DNA of 64,000 bases from Candidatus Undinarchaeota archaeon (GCA_964519305.1 CAZFHY010000001.1:250132-314131); one strand, 5' to 3'; shown: positions 28,976 to 38,891, counted from the stretch's first letter. A program made the numbers and translations. Notes: generated by a model from the sequence alone, not told the origin.

Positions 28976-29968
28976 TTAGCGACGTTCAGGCGACGCTCCG
29001 CCAGTTAGCAGCTGGAGCACTCCCACCATCAGTCCAAGGACCTGGACGAAGGAGAAGACCATTGATTGAACAAAAGCAGCTAAAGCCACCGTAACCGATG
29101 CGTGGCGCAGGCTGAACGCAAGGAAAGGCAGGTTCCACGCTGCCAGCGCTGCTGCTGCGAATACCGAAGCTGTCGGAGGGAGGACGCCGACCAGAGTGGC
29201 TATGGACATCGTGATGACCACTACAGCAAGAGCAACGCCGACGGGCATGTATAGGGAGTCGAAGGGTCTGAACACACGCCCTCTATTAGAAGTCTGATGC
29301 AGAAACCCATGGACGTACAAACGCGAATTATGGAACCGGCTGGTCCAGTATCCAAGCAAAGTAGGGTGGTTGATATGGTCGACGGGCAGGTCGACCGCAT
29401 GCATGACCCGGAGCCCGCGTCCACGCAATGCCCACCCAAGTTCGATGTCCTCAACCGATGCCCGGTCGATGCCCTCATCGAAGGGCGTCGCCAAGACTAC
29501 ATCGCGGTGCATGGACATGGCGGCAGACATCAGAGCAATGGCATCTTCGGAGATGCCTGCGACCCAGTAGGCGTTCTGCAGGTTGACGACAGCGGGGATC
29601 AGAGTATCGTACGTCGTGTCGGGATCGTATGGGCTGAACACTGCGCCCACGTCGGGGCCGCACGCGCGCTCGGCCAGGGTACCGATGGTGCCTGGCCTGA
29701 TCCTGATATCGGCGTCGATGAACACGATCATATCGCCCGTCGCCTCCCGCGCGCCACGGTTCCGGCATGCAGCGGGACCGCGACGTCCCTCCATGACCAC
29801 AACCCTCACCCCATGACGCTCGGCGATGTCCACGGAACCGTCGGTGGAGCAGTCGTCCACGACGATGATCTCGAGGTCATCTTTAGCATCGCTGAGGATT
29901 GCGTCCAAGCACTCGTTGAGGGTGTCAGCGCCGTTACGCACAGGGATGACGACGGTGACGGAAGTCAT
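28976..29968 (-). CDS. GT2 glycosyltransferase with C-terminal TM helices
   Basis: VVIPVRN, VVDDCSTDGS, GPAACRNRG, FIDAD, EDIELG. Confidence 0.93.
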   Translation of the reverse strand: MTSVTVVIPVRNGADTLNECLDAILSDAKDDLEIIVVDDCSTDGSVDIAERHGVRVVVMEGRRGPAACRNRGAREATGDMIVFIDADIRIRPGTIGTLAERACGPDVGAVFSPYDPDTTYDTLIPAVVNLQNAYWVAGISEDAIALMSAAMSMHRDVVLATPFDEGIDRASVEDIELGWALRGRGLRVMHAVDLPVDHINHPTLLGYWTSRFHNSRLYVHGFLHQTSNRGRVFRPFDSLYMPVGVALAVVVITMSIATLVGVLPPTASVFAAAALAAWNLPFLAFSLRHASVTVALAAFVQSMVFSFVQVLGLMVGVLQLLTGGASPERR

Positions 29969-30004
29969 GGCCGACAAGTTCTCGACTCCGCAACATTATT
30001 ATGA

Positions 30005-31768
30005 CTATGGCCCCCGGGGCGCCACAATACGCCACAGAGCTAATTCTTTAAAGTCGGTGGGTCCATCAGCACTCTCGCTCATCACTCCTTCGCCAGCGAT
30101 CCTCTCCAACCGAAAGGAATCGTGGACCATTGCGGCCGTGCGTGGTGTCCCCGAGTATACTCGCTCATAGTAGTACAGGCACTCGCCATCGGCCAGGAGG
30201 CCGGTGATATCTGTCCGCAGACGAGGGACCGCGTCAGGAACGACGTTGTCGCCCTCAGGTATGACACCTTTCTGATCAATCACTACACGCCGTCCCCATG
30301 CATACGCTGTCTCGATGGGGGACTCGCATACAATATAGCACTCACGGCCCACCAATGGCCTCCACTGCTCGATTATGTTCATCTCCAGTTCGTAGGCTCC
30401 GCTGATATTTCGTGGCACCCCATCGGCGGTAAATACTGCTGGATAGAGTACGTTGACCAGCACAATCCCTGCCAAGCCCATTGCCACGAGCCAACGCCGG
30501 TACGCACCGTCGGCGCGCCAGGAGGTCCCCGCTAGGAGCGCTAAGGGTAAGGCCAGGTGGACGGCGGCGAGTACGGAGCGGGCACCGGGTTCCAGTTCTA
30601 TTCCGTAGAAAGGTGCATAGGCGAAAGGTAGGTGAGCTAGGCCCGAGAGCGTGACGGCCGCGACAACAACGGCCACCGACGGGGAAAGGATGTGTGCGCC
30701 CACCCCACAGAGCAGTGCGAAGGGCACGGATGCGGGAAGCATGTATCGGGGCACGAAACCACTGAATGTGTGGACCACGTGCAGACCCACACGCGAGGCG
30801 AACCACAGCGCCACCAGAGCACCCATGGGACCAGCACCGCGGCTCACGGCGGCTGCACCCAGCAGTGCCAGGGCGGTGAATAAAAAGGGCTGGTGGAAGC
30901 CATCAATCCAATAAGTTATGTAGCGGGCGTTGTGCGGGATGGACTGCAGTGAGATCCGTCTCGTGAGCGGGAGGCCTCCATATAGGAACTCGCCGAAATC
31001 AGAAAAATGGGGTACGAGGAACACAGCAGCTAGCAGCCACGGGAGGGGAGCGGGGTACACGCCATATCGCCGCATGCCCCATGCATACACGACAGCCAGT
31101 GGCACCAGTGCCAGCGGGTTCTCTACTCTGAACGTGACATGTAGCGCAAAGGCCGCTGCAGCCAGCCAGGCGCCCGACCGGCGGCCGGTACGCACATGAA
31201 GAAGTGCTCCGCTCACAGCCAGACACTCGGTAAGGACGGACAACACCTCGGACATCGTAACCGTAGCATACCGCACGTGCATCGGAAGAAGGGCGAGCAC
31301 AAGTGCGGCGCCCAAGCCTTCAATGTGACTACGGTCCAGCATGCGCATGATAAGGTAGACACAGCTCACGGTCGCTAAGCCCGCCATGGTGCCCAAGAGA
31401 ACGGTGGCCTGGTCGGTGAAGCCCGTGGCAGAGGACATCAGGGCGAGGAGGACTGGATAGCCTATGGACTTGAAAGCACTGAAACGCTGACAGTCGCCAA
31501 GCTCACCAAGCGAGCAGAGCACGTTGAGCCTGTGGTGGACCAGTCCCGCTGCCTGGAGACGGAAGAACGTGTCATCCATGCTGGGGACCTGACGATACGG
31601 GCTGAGCGCCCGCACACCGAGAGCGAGCAGTAGAACTAGTAGAAGAGCGCGTCGCTCCCGCCTGTCGCGTGGTACGAAAGATGCCAGGCCGCGTCGCGAG
31701 GCTACCAAAGCTCCCGCGAGGAGCAGAAGGTTCGCTAGGATGACCGGTAGCGCCAGAGGCGACGGCAT
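30005..31768 (-). CDS. GT-C membrane glycosyltransferase, paralogue 3
   Basis: MPSPLALP, SMDDTFF, CSLGELGDC, GYP, LPMHVRY, RVEN, PRYM. Confidence 0.85.
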   Translation of the reverse strand: MPSPLALPVILANLLLLAGALVASRRGLASFVPRDRRERRALLLVLLLALGVRALSPYRQVPSMDDTFFRLQAAGLVHHRLNVLCSLGELGDCQRFSAFKSIGYPVLLALMSSATGFTDQATVLLGTMAGLATVSCVYLIMRMLDRSHIEGLGAALVLALLPMHVRYATVTMSEVLSVLTECLAVSGALLHVRTGRRSGAWLAAAAFALHVTFRVENPLALVPLAVVYAWGMRRYGVYPAPLPWLLAAVFLVPHFSDFGEFLYGGLPLTRRISLQSIPHNARYITYWIDGFHQPFLFTALALLGAAAVSRGAGPMGALVALWFASRVGLHVVHTFSGFVPRYMLPASVPFALLCGVGAHILSPSVAVVVAAVTLSGLAHLPFAYAPFYGIELEPGARSVLAAVHLALPLALLAGTSWRADGAYRRWLVAMGLAGIVLVNVLYPAVFTADGVPRNISGAYELEMNIIEQWRPLVGRECYIVCESPIETAYAWGRRVVIDQKGVIPEGDNVVPDAVPRLRTDITGLLADGECLYYYERVYSGTPRTAAMVHDSFRLERIAGEGVMSESADGPTDFKELALWRIVAPRGP

Positions 31769-31785
31769 TGCACGCTATGCGAGTC

Positions 31786-31803
31786 GAACCTTTAAAGAGG
31801 TTC
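31786..31803 (-). promoter_or_regulatory. Palindromic operator-like element overlapping the TATA box
   Basis: GAACCT-TTAAAG-AGGTTC; TTTAAA 23 nt from ATG 31768. Confidence 0.75.
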
Positions 31804-31811
31804 CGCGCCCA

Positions 31812-31863
31812 GCTATGTTCACGGAACCGTCAGGGGAGCTAGCGTCCACCACGATGCCCTCGA
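31812..31863 (-). pseudogene. Relic fragment of the GT2 gene
   Basis: 42/52 nt match to 29823-29874; translates EGIVVDASSPDGSVNIA versus EIIVVDDCSTDGSVDIA. Confidence 0.8.
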
Positions 31864-31874
31864 CCTGAGTTAGA

Positions 31875-33638
31875 CTATAGCTCGCGGAGACCCACGATAC
31901 GCCAGAGGGCGAGTTCCCGGAAATCCGTTGGCCCATCGGGCCGTCCGCCGGCGACCGAGTGGCCGGCGATGCGCTCCAGCTGGAACGAGTCGTGGACCAT
32001 GGCAGCAGTGCGCGGCGTCTCAGTGTACAACCGCTCATAGAAGTACACGCATCGTCCATCCGCTAATAGACCTACGATGTCATCCCGATGTCGTGCCACG
32101 GCACCCGGGACGGCAGTGTTGCCCTCACCCACAACCCCCTTCGAATCGACCACCACTCTCCTATCCCAGAAGTACCCGGTCTCGATGGATGTCTCGTACA
32201 TGATGAAGCACTCACGGCCCACCAAAGGCTTCCACTGGTCGATGATGCTCACTTCCATGGCGTAGGTTTCCCGCAAGGGGCTGGGGATACCGTCTGCCGT
32301 GATGACCGCGGGGTAGAGGACGGTCACGAGAACTGCACCCGCCATGCCCGCCACCACCGTATGACGTCGTTCAGTTCCGTTCCCACGCCATACGGTCCAC
32401 GCTAGAAGAGCAAGCGGTAGAGCAAGATGGATGACCGTGAATGTAGATCGGACTCCTGACTCCAGCTCCAGTCCGTAGAAAGGCGCGTAGGCGAAAGGCA
32501 GGTGGGCAAGGCCCGAGAGCACTATGGCCGTGCCCGTGACAGTGAACGATGAGGAGAGAAAAGGTGCACCAGCCCCGCAGAGCAGGGCGAAAGGCACGGA
32601 TGCAGGGAGCATGTAGCGGGGTACGAAACCACCGAAGGTATGGACCAAATGAAGGCCCACGCGCGAGGCGAACCATAGCGCTGCCAGCGCACCGAGCGGA
32701 CCAGTGCCGCGGACCAGTGCCACGATGCCCAACAGCGCCAGGGCCGTGAAGAAGTAGGACTGGTGGAAACCGTCGAGCCAATAGGTGACGTAGCGGACGT
32801 TGCGCGGGATGGCGGTGGGTGAGATACGTGCGGTGAGCGGGACTCCAGCGTACGTGAACTCACCATAATCGATGAAATGGGGGATAAGAAGCGCTGCGAC
32901 GACCAGCCACGGGAGGGGAGAAGGGTACACACCATATCTCCGAATGCCCCATACATACACTACGGCCAGAGGGATCACCGCCAATGGATTCTCCACCCTA
33001 AGAGTTACATGGAGCGCAAATGCAGCTGCAGCCAGCCATGCCCCTGAACGGCGACCGGTACGTACATGTAGGATTGCACCAGTCACGGCCAGGCACTCCG
33101 TAAGGACGGACAACACCTCGGACATCGTGACCGTTGCATACCGCACGTGCATCGGAAGAAGGGCGAGCACAAGCGCAGCCGTCAAGGCCTCGATGTGACC
33201 ACGGTCCAGCATTCGCATGATAAGGTAGACGCAGCCCACGGTCGCGATAGCGGCCACTGTACCCAAGAGGATTGTGGCATGAGCAGTGAAGCCCGCGATG
33301 ACAGACATCAGGGCGAGGAGGATAGGGTAGCCGATGGACTTGAACCCTCCGAACCGTTGACAGTCACCCAGCTCGCCAAGCGAGCAGAGCACGTTTAGTT
33401 TGTGGTGGACCAGTCCCGCTGCCTGGAGACGGAAGTAGGTGTCGTCCATGCTGGGGACTTGTCGGTACGGACTTAGGGCACGCGTGCCTAGAGCGAGCAG
33501 GAGAACGAGAAGAAGAGCGCGCCGTTCCCGCCTGTCACGGGGAAAGAAAGATGCCAGCCCGCGTCGCGAGGCAACTATAGCTACTGCGAGGAGCAGCAGG
33601 TTCGCCAGGGCGACGGGCAGCGCCAGGGGCGACGGCAT
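31875..33638 (-). CDS. GT-C membrane glycosyltransferase, paralogue 4
   Basis: Same length as paralogue 3 (587 aa), colinear, offset 1870 bp. Confidence 0.85.
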   Translation of the reverse strand: MPSPLALPVALANLLLLAVAIVASRRGLASFFPRDRRERRALLLVLLLALGTRALSPYRQVPSMDDTYFRLQAAGLVHHKLNVLCSLGELGDCQRFGGFKSIGYPILLALMSVIAGFTAHATILLGTVAAIATVGCVYLIMRMLDRGHIEALTAALVLALLPMHVRYATVTMSEVLSVLTECLAVTGAILHVRTGRRSGAWLAAAAFALHVTLRVENPLAVIPLAVVYVWGIRRYGVYPSPLPWLVVAALLIPHFIDYGEFTYAGVPLTARISPTAIPRNVRYVTYWLDGFHQSYFFTALALLGIVALVRGTGPLGALAALWFASRVGLHLVHTFGGFVPRYMLPASVPFALLCGAGAPFLSSSFTVTGTAIVLSGLAHLPFAYAPFYGLELESGVRSTFTVIHLALPLALLAWTVWRGNGTERRHTVVAGMAGAVLVTVLYPAVITADGIPSPLRETYAMEVSIIDQWKPLVGRECFIMYETSIETGYFWDRRVVVDSKGVVGEGNTAVPGAVARHRDDIVGLLADGRCVYFYERLYTETPRTAAMVHDSFQLERIAGHSVAGGRPDGPTDFRELALWRIVGLREL

Positions 33639-33655
33639 AGCACGCTGTGCGGGTC

Positions 33656-33673
33656 GAACCTTTAAAGAGGTTC
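33656..33673 (-). promoter_or_regulatory. Palindromic operator-like element overlapping the TATA box
   Basis: GAACCT-TTAAAG-AGGTTC. Confidence 0.75.
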
Positions 33674-33684
33674 CGCGCGCGGGA

Positions 33685-35445
33685 TCATGTTGCGGCGTCC
33701 GTCACGTGATACAGCGCCAGCTCACGATACACTTCTGTAGATTCTGCGACATCCTTGGGCACGATGATCCGCTCGATGACCTCCAGCTCGAACTCTCGGT
33801 GTAGCATCTCGAATGTTACGTCCTGCTCGGGCTGCGTTTCGTAGATGTAAACGCACGCACCGTTCTCCAGGAGCGTACGCACGTCATCACGGAGTATGGC
33901 CACAGTCCCCGACATGGGAAGGTGTGAGCTGAGCATGAGGACTGGGCGTTGCCAGAGGACGCGGTATGGCATTGGACGTGGGACTACTACGACACAGTCC
34001 GGTTTGACGAAGGCCTTCCAGCCATCGATTGTCTCCCGCTCAAGCTCGAAGGCGGTCGAGTAGGTCCGCGGCAGACCGTCCGTCGTCATGTTCGTAGTGT
34101 AGAACGTCATATTAAGGACGAGGCACGTGACCAGCGCCATACCGGCCAGTAATCGCTGACCCCCCCTCGTCCGGATCGCTATCCAGAGGAGGGTGACCGC
34201 AGGGATACCCAGGTGGAGCGGCGTGAGCACCGACATGGTGGATCCCGGTAGCTCGAATCCGTACAATGGGGAGTAGGCGAACGGAAGGTGTAGCAGACCG
34301 GAAAGAACGAGCGCTGCCACAAGCGGTCCGGTGGGCAGAGATAGCGCTGCGGCACCTGCCCCCGCCGCTAAGGCGAAGGGAATGGTTAGCGTGATCATGT
34401 ACCGTGGGATGAACACCGTGTATGAATGGAACAGGTAGATCGTCAGCCGTGTGGTGAACCACCCAAGTGTCAACGCTGCAAATCCCCGGGGTAGACGTCG
34501 CCAGGACGCCCACCCAATCAGTGCCAATGCGGTGAAAAGGAAGGGCAGGAAGTACCCGTCGAGCCAGTAGGTCATGTATCCAACGTTATCGACCACATAG
34601 CGTGGGTGTACTCTGTGTAGGATGCTCTCGTGCTCGCTGACGGACTCGTTGTGCATCTGGTTCCAGTTGTACTCGTCCCAATCCCCGAAATGAGGTGCGG
34701 TCAGCAAGAGGGCGAGCATCCAAGGCAGAATTGTCGGGCGTGCTCGGTACCTCGTGACGATGTACATGAGCGCCATCGGGATCAATGCGAGGGGTGCCTC
34801 CCGGCGAACGGTGACTGCAAAGGCCAGGGATATCGCTCCCAACCATCCCGGTGCTGCCCGCCCGGTGCGTGCGTGGAGGAGCGCTCCGAGCACGGCCAGC
34901 CCCTCGAACAGCACTGACACGACCTCTGGATGGGACACCATGGAGTACCGCACGTGCATCGGGATAAGAGCGGCCACGATGGCGGCATACAGCGCCGTCC
35001 GGTGGTCGCCCGATAGGAGCCGTGCGATTAGATAAACGATTCCGACCGACAGTGTACCGGCCATGGTCCCTAAGGCAAGGGTCGCTGCTCTCGTAAACCC
35101 GAAGAGCATCGAAGACAGGGACAGCATCACCGGGTATCCGACAGGATAGAACATGGCGAAGCGCTGGCAGTCGTCCAGCTGGCCGAATATGCAGAAAACG
35201 TTGAGCCGGTTGACAGCGAGATTGAGCGACTGGTCCTGGTAATACCACTCGTCGTTCCAGTTCAGCGGTTGGTACGGATTGATGACCCTTACCGCGAACG
35301 CCAAGAGAAGCACGAGGAGCAGTTCACGCCGCATGGAGCGAGAGCTGGGAATAGCTCGTGACATCTCCCGACGCGAGGCCGCCAGCGCTACAGCGATGAG
35401 CAGGAGGTTCGCCAGGGCGACGGGCAGCGCCAAGGGCGACGGCAT
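33685..35445 (-). CDS. GT-C membrane glycosyltransferase, paralogue 5
   Basis: MPSPLALP, WNDEWYY, CIFGQLDDC, YPVGYP, PMHVRYS, RRE, PRYM. Confidence 0.87.
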   Translation of the reverse strand: MPSPLALPVALANLLLIAVALAASRREMSRAIPSSRSMRRELLLVLLLAFAVRVINPYQPLNWNDEWYYQDQSLNLAVNRLNVFCIFGQLDDCQRFAMFYPVGYPVMLSLSSMLFGFTRAATLALGTMAGTLSVGIVYLIARLLSGDHRTALYAAIVAALIPMHVRYSMVSHPEVVSVLFEGLAVLGALLHARTGRAAPGWLGAISLAFAVTVRREAPLALIPMALMYIVTRYRARPTILPWMLALLLTAPHFGDWDEYNWNQMHNESVSEHESILHRVHPRYVVDNVGYMTYWLDGYFLPFLFTALALIGWASWRRLPRGFAALTLGWFTTRLTIYLFHSYTVFIPRYMITLTIPFALAAGAGAAALSLPTGPLVAALVLSGLLHLPFAYSPLYGFELPGSTMSVLTPLHLGIPAVTLLWIAIRTRGGQRLLAGMALVTCLVLNMTFYTTNMTTDGLPRTYSTAFELERETIDGWKAFVKPDCVVVVPRPMPYRVLWQRPVLMLSSHLPMSGTVAILRDDVRTLLENGACVYIYETQPEQDVTFEMLHREFELEVIERIIVPKDVAESTEVYRELALYHVTDAAT

Positions 35446-35462
35446 GGCACGCTGTGTGGGTC

Positions 35463-35480
35463 GAACCTTTATAGAGGTTC
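35463..35480 (-). promoter_or_regulatory. Palindromic operator-like element overlapping the TATA box
   Basis: GAACCT-TTATAG-AGGTTC. Confidence 0.75.
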
Positions 35481-35493
35481 CGCGCTCGGCGGC

Positions 35494-37257
35494 TCAGCCC
35501 GCTATGGCCGTCACGCGGTATAGCGAGAGCTCCTGGAGCATCCCGGTGGCCTTTGCATCGTTCGTGGGTACGATTACGAGACCTTGGTGCTCAAGGACAA
35601 AGGAGTCGTGCATCATCCGCCCGTCGATATCAGGCACCCGCTGTGTTTCATAGAGGTATACGCAAGCGCCTTCGGCCAGAAGGCCGGCCACGTCGTCATG
35701 CAATCCGGCAACGGTGTCAGGAAGAGCCAAGTGCGAGGTGCGCATCACCAGTGGGCGCTGCCACAGTGCCCGATAGGGCACAGGACTGGGCACCACAACG
35801 AAGCAGTCCTCCCCCACGAGGACTTGCCATCCCTCGATAGTTGACGACTCCAAGTAGAAGGTCCGGTGGAACGGGGGGATGAGCCCGTCCGCCTGTTCGA
35901 CATTGGGATAGAGCATGGGCAGGAGCACCAGGCCCACCAATAGCGCCACTGCTGTCGCACGCCTTTCTCGACCGATAGCGTGCCGTGCACCCCACACCAG
36001 GAGTGCAAGCGGGACGAGCCCATGGACTATCCCCAGAGGACCGCGCACTCCATAGGGGAGCTCCAGTCCGAACATGCGACTATAAGCGAATGGCAGGTGG
36101 AGCAGGCCGGAAACGAGCAACCCGGTCTTCAGGACACCGGTCGGCCAGGACAAGACGGTCACGGCCGCTCCCGCCATCAGAGCGTAGGGGACCGATAGCG
36201 CGAGCATGTAACGGGGGATGAACACCGTGTAGGAGTGGAAGAGGTACGGGGCGATCCGTGTGACGAACCACAGCACTGTGAGCGAGCCAATTGGTGCGGG
36301 CAGACGCGACAGAGCAGCAATCCCAATGAAAGCGAGGGCCGTGAACAGGTAGGGCTGGAAGTAACCGTTGACCCAGTAGGTGATGTAGTGCAGGTTCTCA
36401 AGGACGTAGCGTGGATGCACTCGCCGGGCCACGCCATCGTATTCCGCTACGGACTCGGTGTACATCTGGTTCCAGAAACGCTCCGGTGTCTCGGCGATGT
36501 GGGGGATGAGGAGCACAAAGGCCAGCGCCCATGGGAACAACGAGGGTCGCACTCCATGCCGGCTTCCCCAATGATATACCACAGCGACAGGGACCAGCAC
36601 AAGGAGCGCCTCGCGGCGCACCATTGCGGCGAAGGCGAAGGACAAGGCCGCAAGCCACCCAGGGGCGTCACGCCCACTGCGTACATGAAGGACCGCGGCC
36701 AGTACGGCCAGACCTTCGGCGAGCGCGCCAAGGACATCGGGGCGCACTTCGACCGCATAGCGTACATGCATGGGCAGGAGCGCGATTATCAGTGCGGCGG
36801 TAAGGGCGGCACATTCGTCACGGAGCAGGAGGCGGGCCAGGAGATATGCGACAGCGACAGTGGCGGTCCCCGCGAGCACCCCCAACAGACGGGCGGCCGT
36901 GTCTGCGGACCCGGTCACGGCCATTCCGAGGGAGAGGACGAGCGGGTAGCCGATAGGATAGAACATGGCGGTATCTCTGCAGGCGCCGGGCTCACCGAAG
37001 GTGCAGAACGTGTTGAGTCGGTCGATCATGAGCGACTCCGCCTGGTCGTGGTAGAACCACTCGTCGTTCCACATGAGAGGCTCGTAGGGATTGGCGACAC
37101 GTACTCCGAACGCTAGAATGAGCACCAAGAGAAGGATCCGACGTCCGCTTGGATAACCCGGGAGTGCGGCGGCCAGCTGCCGACGTGAAGCAATGAGCGC
37201 AACGGCCGCGAGCAGGAGGTTGAGGAGAGCCGCGGGCAGCGCCAGGGGCGACGGCAT
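35494..37257 (-). CDS. GT-C membrane glycosyltransferase, paralogue 6
   Basis: MPSPLALP at 37257, WNDEWFY, CTFGEPGAC, YPIGYP. Confidence 0.87.
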   Translation of the reverse strand: MPSPLALPAALLNLLLAAVALIASRRQLAAALPGYPSGRRILLLVLILAFGVRVANPYEPLMWNDEWFYHDQAESLMIDRLNTFCTFGEPGACRDTAMFYPIGYPLVLSLGMAVTGSADTAARLLGVLAGTATVAVAYLLARLLLRDECAALTAALIIALLPMHVRYAVEVRPDVLGALAEGLAVLAAVLHVRSGRDAPGWLAALSFAFAAMVRREALLVLVPVAVVYHWGSRHGVRPSLFPWALAFVLLIPHIAETPERFWNQMYTESVAEYDGVARRVHPRYVLENLHYITYWVNGYFQPYLFTALAFIGIAALSRLPAPIGSLTVLWFVTRIAPYLFHSYTVFIPRYMLALSVPYALMAGAAVTVLSWPTGVLKTGLLVSGLLHLPFAYSRMFGLELPYGVRGPLGIVHGLVPLALLVWGARHAIGRERRATAVALLVGLVLLPMLYPNVEQADGLIPPFHRTFYLESSTIEGWQVLVGEDCFVVVPSPVPYRALWQRPLVMRTSHLALPDTVAGLHDDVAGLLAEGACVYLYETQRVPDIDGRMMHDSFVLEHQGLVIVPTNDAKATGMLQELSLYRVTAIAG

Positions 37258-37274
37258 GGCGATGGGAGAAGCCT

Positions 37275-37292
37275 GAACCTTCAAATAGGCTT
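37275..37292 (-). promoter_or_regulatory. Degenerate copy of the palindromic promoter element
   Basis: GAACCT-TCAAAT-AGGCTT, at the same spacing from the ATG. Confidence 0.6.
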
Positions 37293-37300
37293 CGGCGACA

Positions 37301-37864
37301 TCATGTCCTGTCCTCGTCCCCGCGGGGGGAGAACCGCATCATGATGACGTCCGGGCCAACCCGACGCTCCTCAAGCACATATCCGTGGTCCTGAAGCACA
37401 CCCGTTATGTATCCAGCGAGGAAATTGGCGAACACGGGCTCTTCCACTGCGTTCTGCGCGGTGATTTCCAGAAAGCCCTCCTCGCGCTTCCAAGAGAGGA
37501 GCGGGAACCATCCGGCGAACTTGTAGGCGTCCCGGAACACCTCCAAACAGTGCTTGACGTTATGTACGTCAGGGAACACCGTCTTGTAGAAGGATAGGAA
37601 GTTCGAGCTCTTTCGGGTACCCAGCTTGAAGGCCCCATCCTCATCGATCCCCTCGCGGTATGCCTCCAGGATATCACGTACGTCCGAGGCGCGTAGCGTG
37701 ACGCCGTGCTGAAGCTTCATCCACTGCTGGTAGCATACTGTATCCCCGAGCGATGTGGTCAGGGCCCTGTGCCGGTTGGAGAGGTTGAAGGCCTCGATGA
37801 GCACGTCGAGGATGTCAACCGCTCGCTTGTCGGCCGAGAAATTGAGTTGTATGCGTGCCGCCAC
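37301..37864 (-). CDS. Hypothetical protein, possible regulator (RHH-like N-terminus, V4R/HNOX-like C-terminus)
   Basis: RIQLNFSAD strand followed by two helices; FANFLAGYITGVL C-terminal motif. Fold assignment is inference. Confidence 0.6.
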   Translation of the reverse strand: MAARIQLNFSADKRAVDILDVLIEAFNLSNRHRALTTSLGDTVCYQQWMKLQHGVTLRASDVRDILEAYREGIDEDGAFKLGTRKSSNFLSFYKTVFPDVHNVKHCLEVFRDAYKFAGWFPLLSWKREEGFLEITAQNAVEEPVFANFLAGYITGVLQDHGYVLEERRVGPDVIMMRFSPRGDEDRT

Positions 37865-37889
37865 CAGTATACGAAAAGTCCGCCTAGGC

Positions 37890-38075
37890 TTTAATATTTT
37901 TCTATCTTCGTCGGAGGCCGTAACGCCCTTATAATTTGTTATAACCGTCGTTACGTGGAGTATAGTGCTTATTACATATTTAATGCTAAGTACTACTCAT
38001 AAATTTAGATTAATAGCTTATTAAGACGCACTAATGCACTATTCTCGCTTTAGAGAATCCTTAATTCTCAATACC
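37890..38075. other. AT-rich non-coding island with several palindromes
   Basis: Sharp drop in GC; TTATAA-N4-TTATAA, TTAATA-GCT-TATTAA, and an 11-bp imperfect inverted repeat at 37958-37968 / 38036-38046. Confidence 0.6.
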
Positions 38076-38891
38076 TTTAGGGAAGGCTTTCCGTCCCTCG
38101 GATGTGGAGCTGCACGGAGGCGGGGCCGGCTGGACGACCATCCGGTCGAAACCGCGGTCTTCAAGGTCACGAGGAAGCACCTTATTGCGGTAGAATACCG
38201 TGTTCCCGCGGAGCAGGAGAGGGAGAGGCATGCTCTTGTGGGTGAGGGTGAAGGCCAGGTCCCGGCACTCGCGCTCGCAGGGCAGGATCCCGAGCTCGTC
38301 ACGGGCCTCAGGCTTGGTACAGGCACGGGATAGGCACAGACGTGTTGTTGTGACGTACACCCAAGGAGTATAGATACTACCTTTCATGGGAACCTCGTCC
38401 TCCGCCAAGGAGAAACCGATCCCTTGGAGGGGATTGTCGAACTCCGCACGAGTTACCCCCCGCTCGTGCAGGAACTGTCGATAGCTCTCCTGAGAGAGCG
38501 GTGAATCGCGAAGATATGCCTGCGCCTCCTCGGGAAGTCGTTCGATCACGTTTATCAGGCGCGGGCCACGCCGCTGGTAGGTGAGGATCCGGCCCATGAT
38601 GGGAACGTGGTCCTTCAGGGATGCCAACAGCCCCCAGTCGTTGAAGACTACCTCGGAGCCGGAGGGAAGGACGTCCAGAAGCTTCCGCACCTTCGACAGT
38701 CCCGTGTCCGTGAGATAAGGAGTGACCAGTGTGAGGGGGATACTTGCGTCCTTTGCCGCCTCCAGTCCGCGTGATAGCTCCTCCGGTGTGGGGAGGTTGC
38801 GCTCGCAGAACTCATTTCCGAGGTACACACGTTCATAGCCCTCGGGGATCCCTCCGACGGGGACCGTTGAGAGCAGCACGGCGCGCTCCAT
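38061..38891 (-). CDS. U32-like partner subunit (UbiV-like), copy 1
   Basis: VYLGNEFCERNLP, TLVTP, VFNDWG, TTTRLC, PCEREC, RGNTVF; TGATG coupling to the upstream U32 gene. Confidence 0.8.
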   Translation of the reverse strand: MERAVLLSTVPVGGIPEGYERVYLGNEFCERNLPTPEELSRGLEAAKDASIPLTLVTPYLTDTGLSKVRKLLDVLPSGSEVVFNDWGLLASLKDHVPIMGRILTYQRRGPRLINVIERLPEEAQAYLRDSPLSQESYRQFLHERGVTRAEFDNPLQGIGFSLAEDEVPMKGSIYTPWVYVTTTRLCLSRACTKPEARDELGILPCERECRDLAFTLTHKSMPLPLLLRGNTVFYRNKVLPRDLEDRGFDRMVVQPAPPPCSSTSEGRKAFPKGIEN

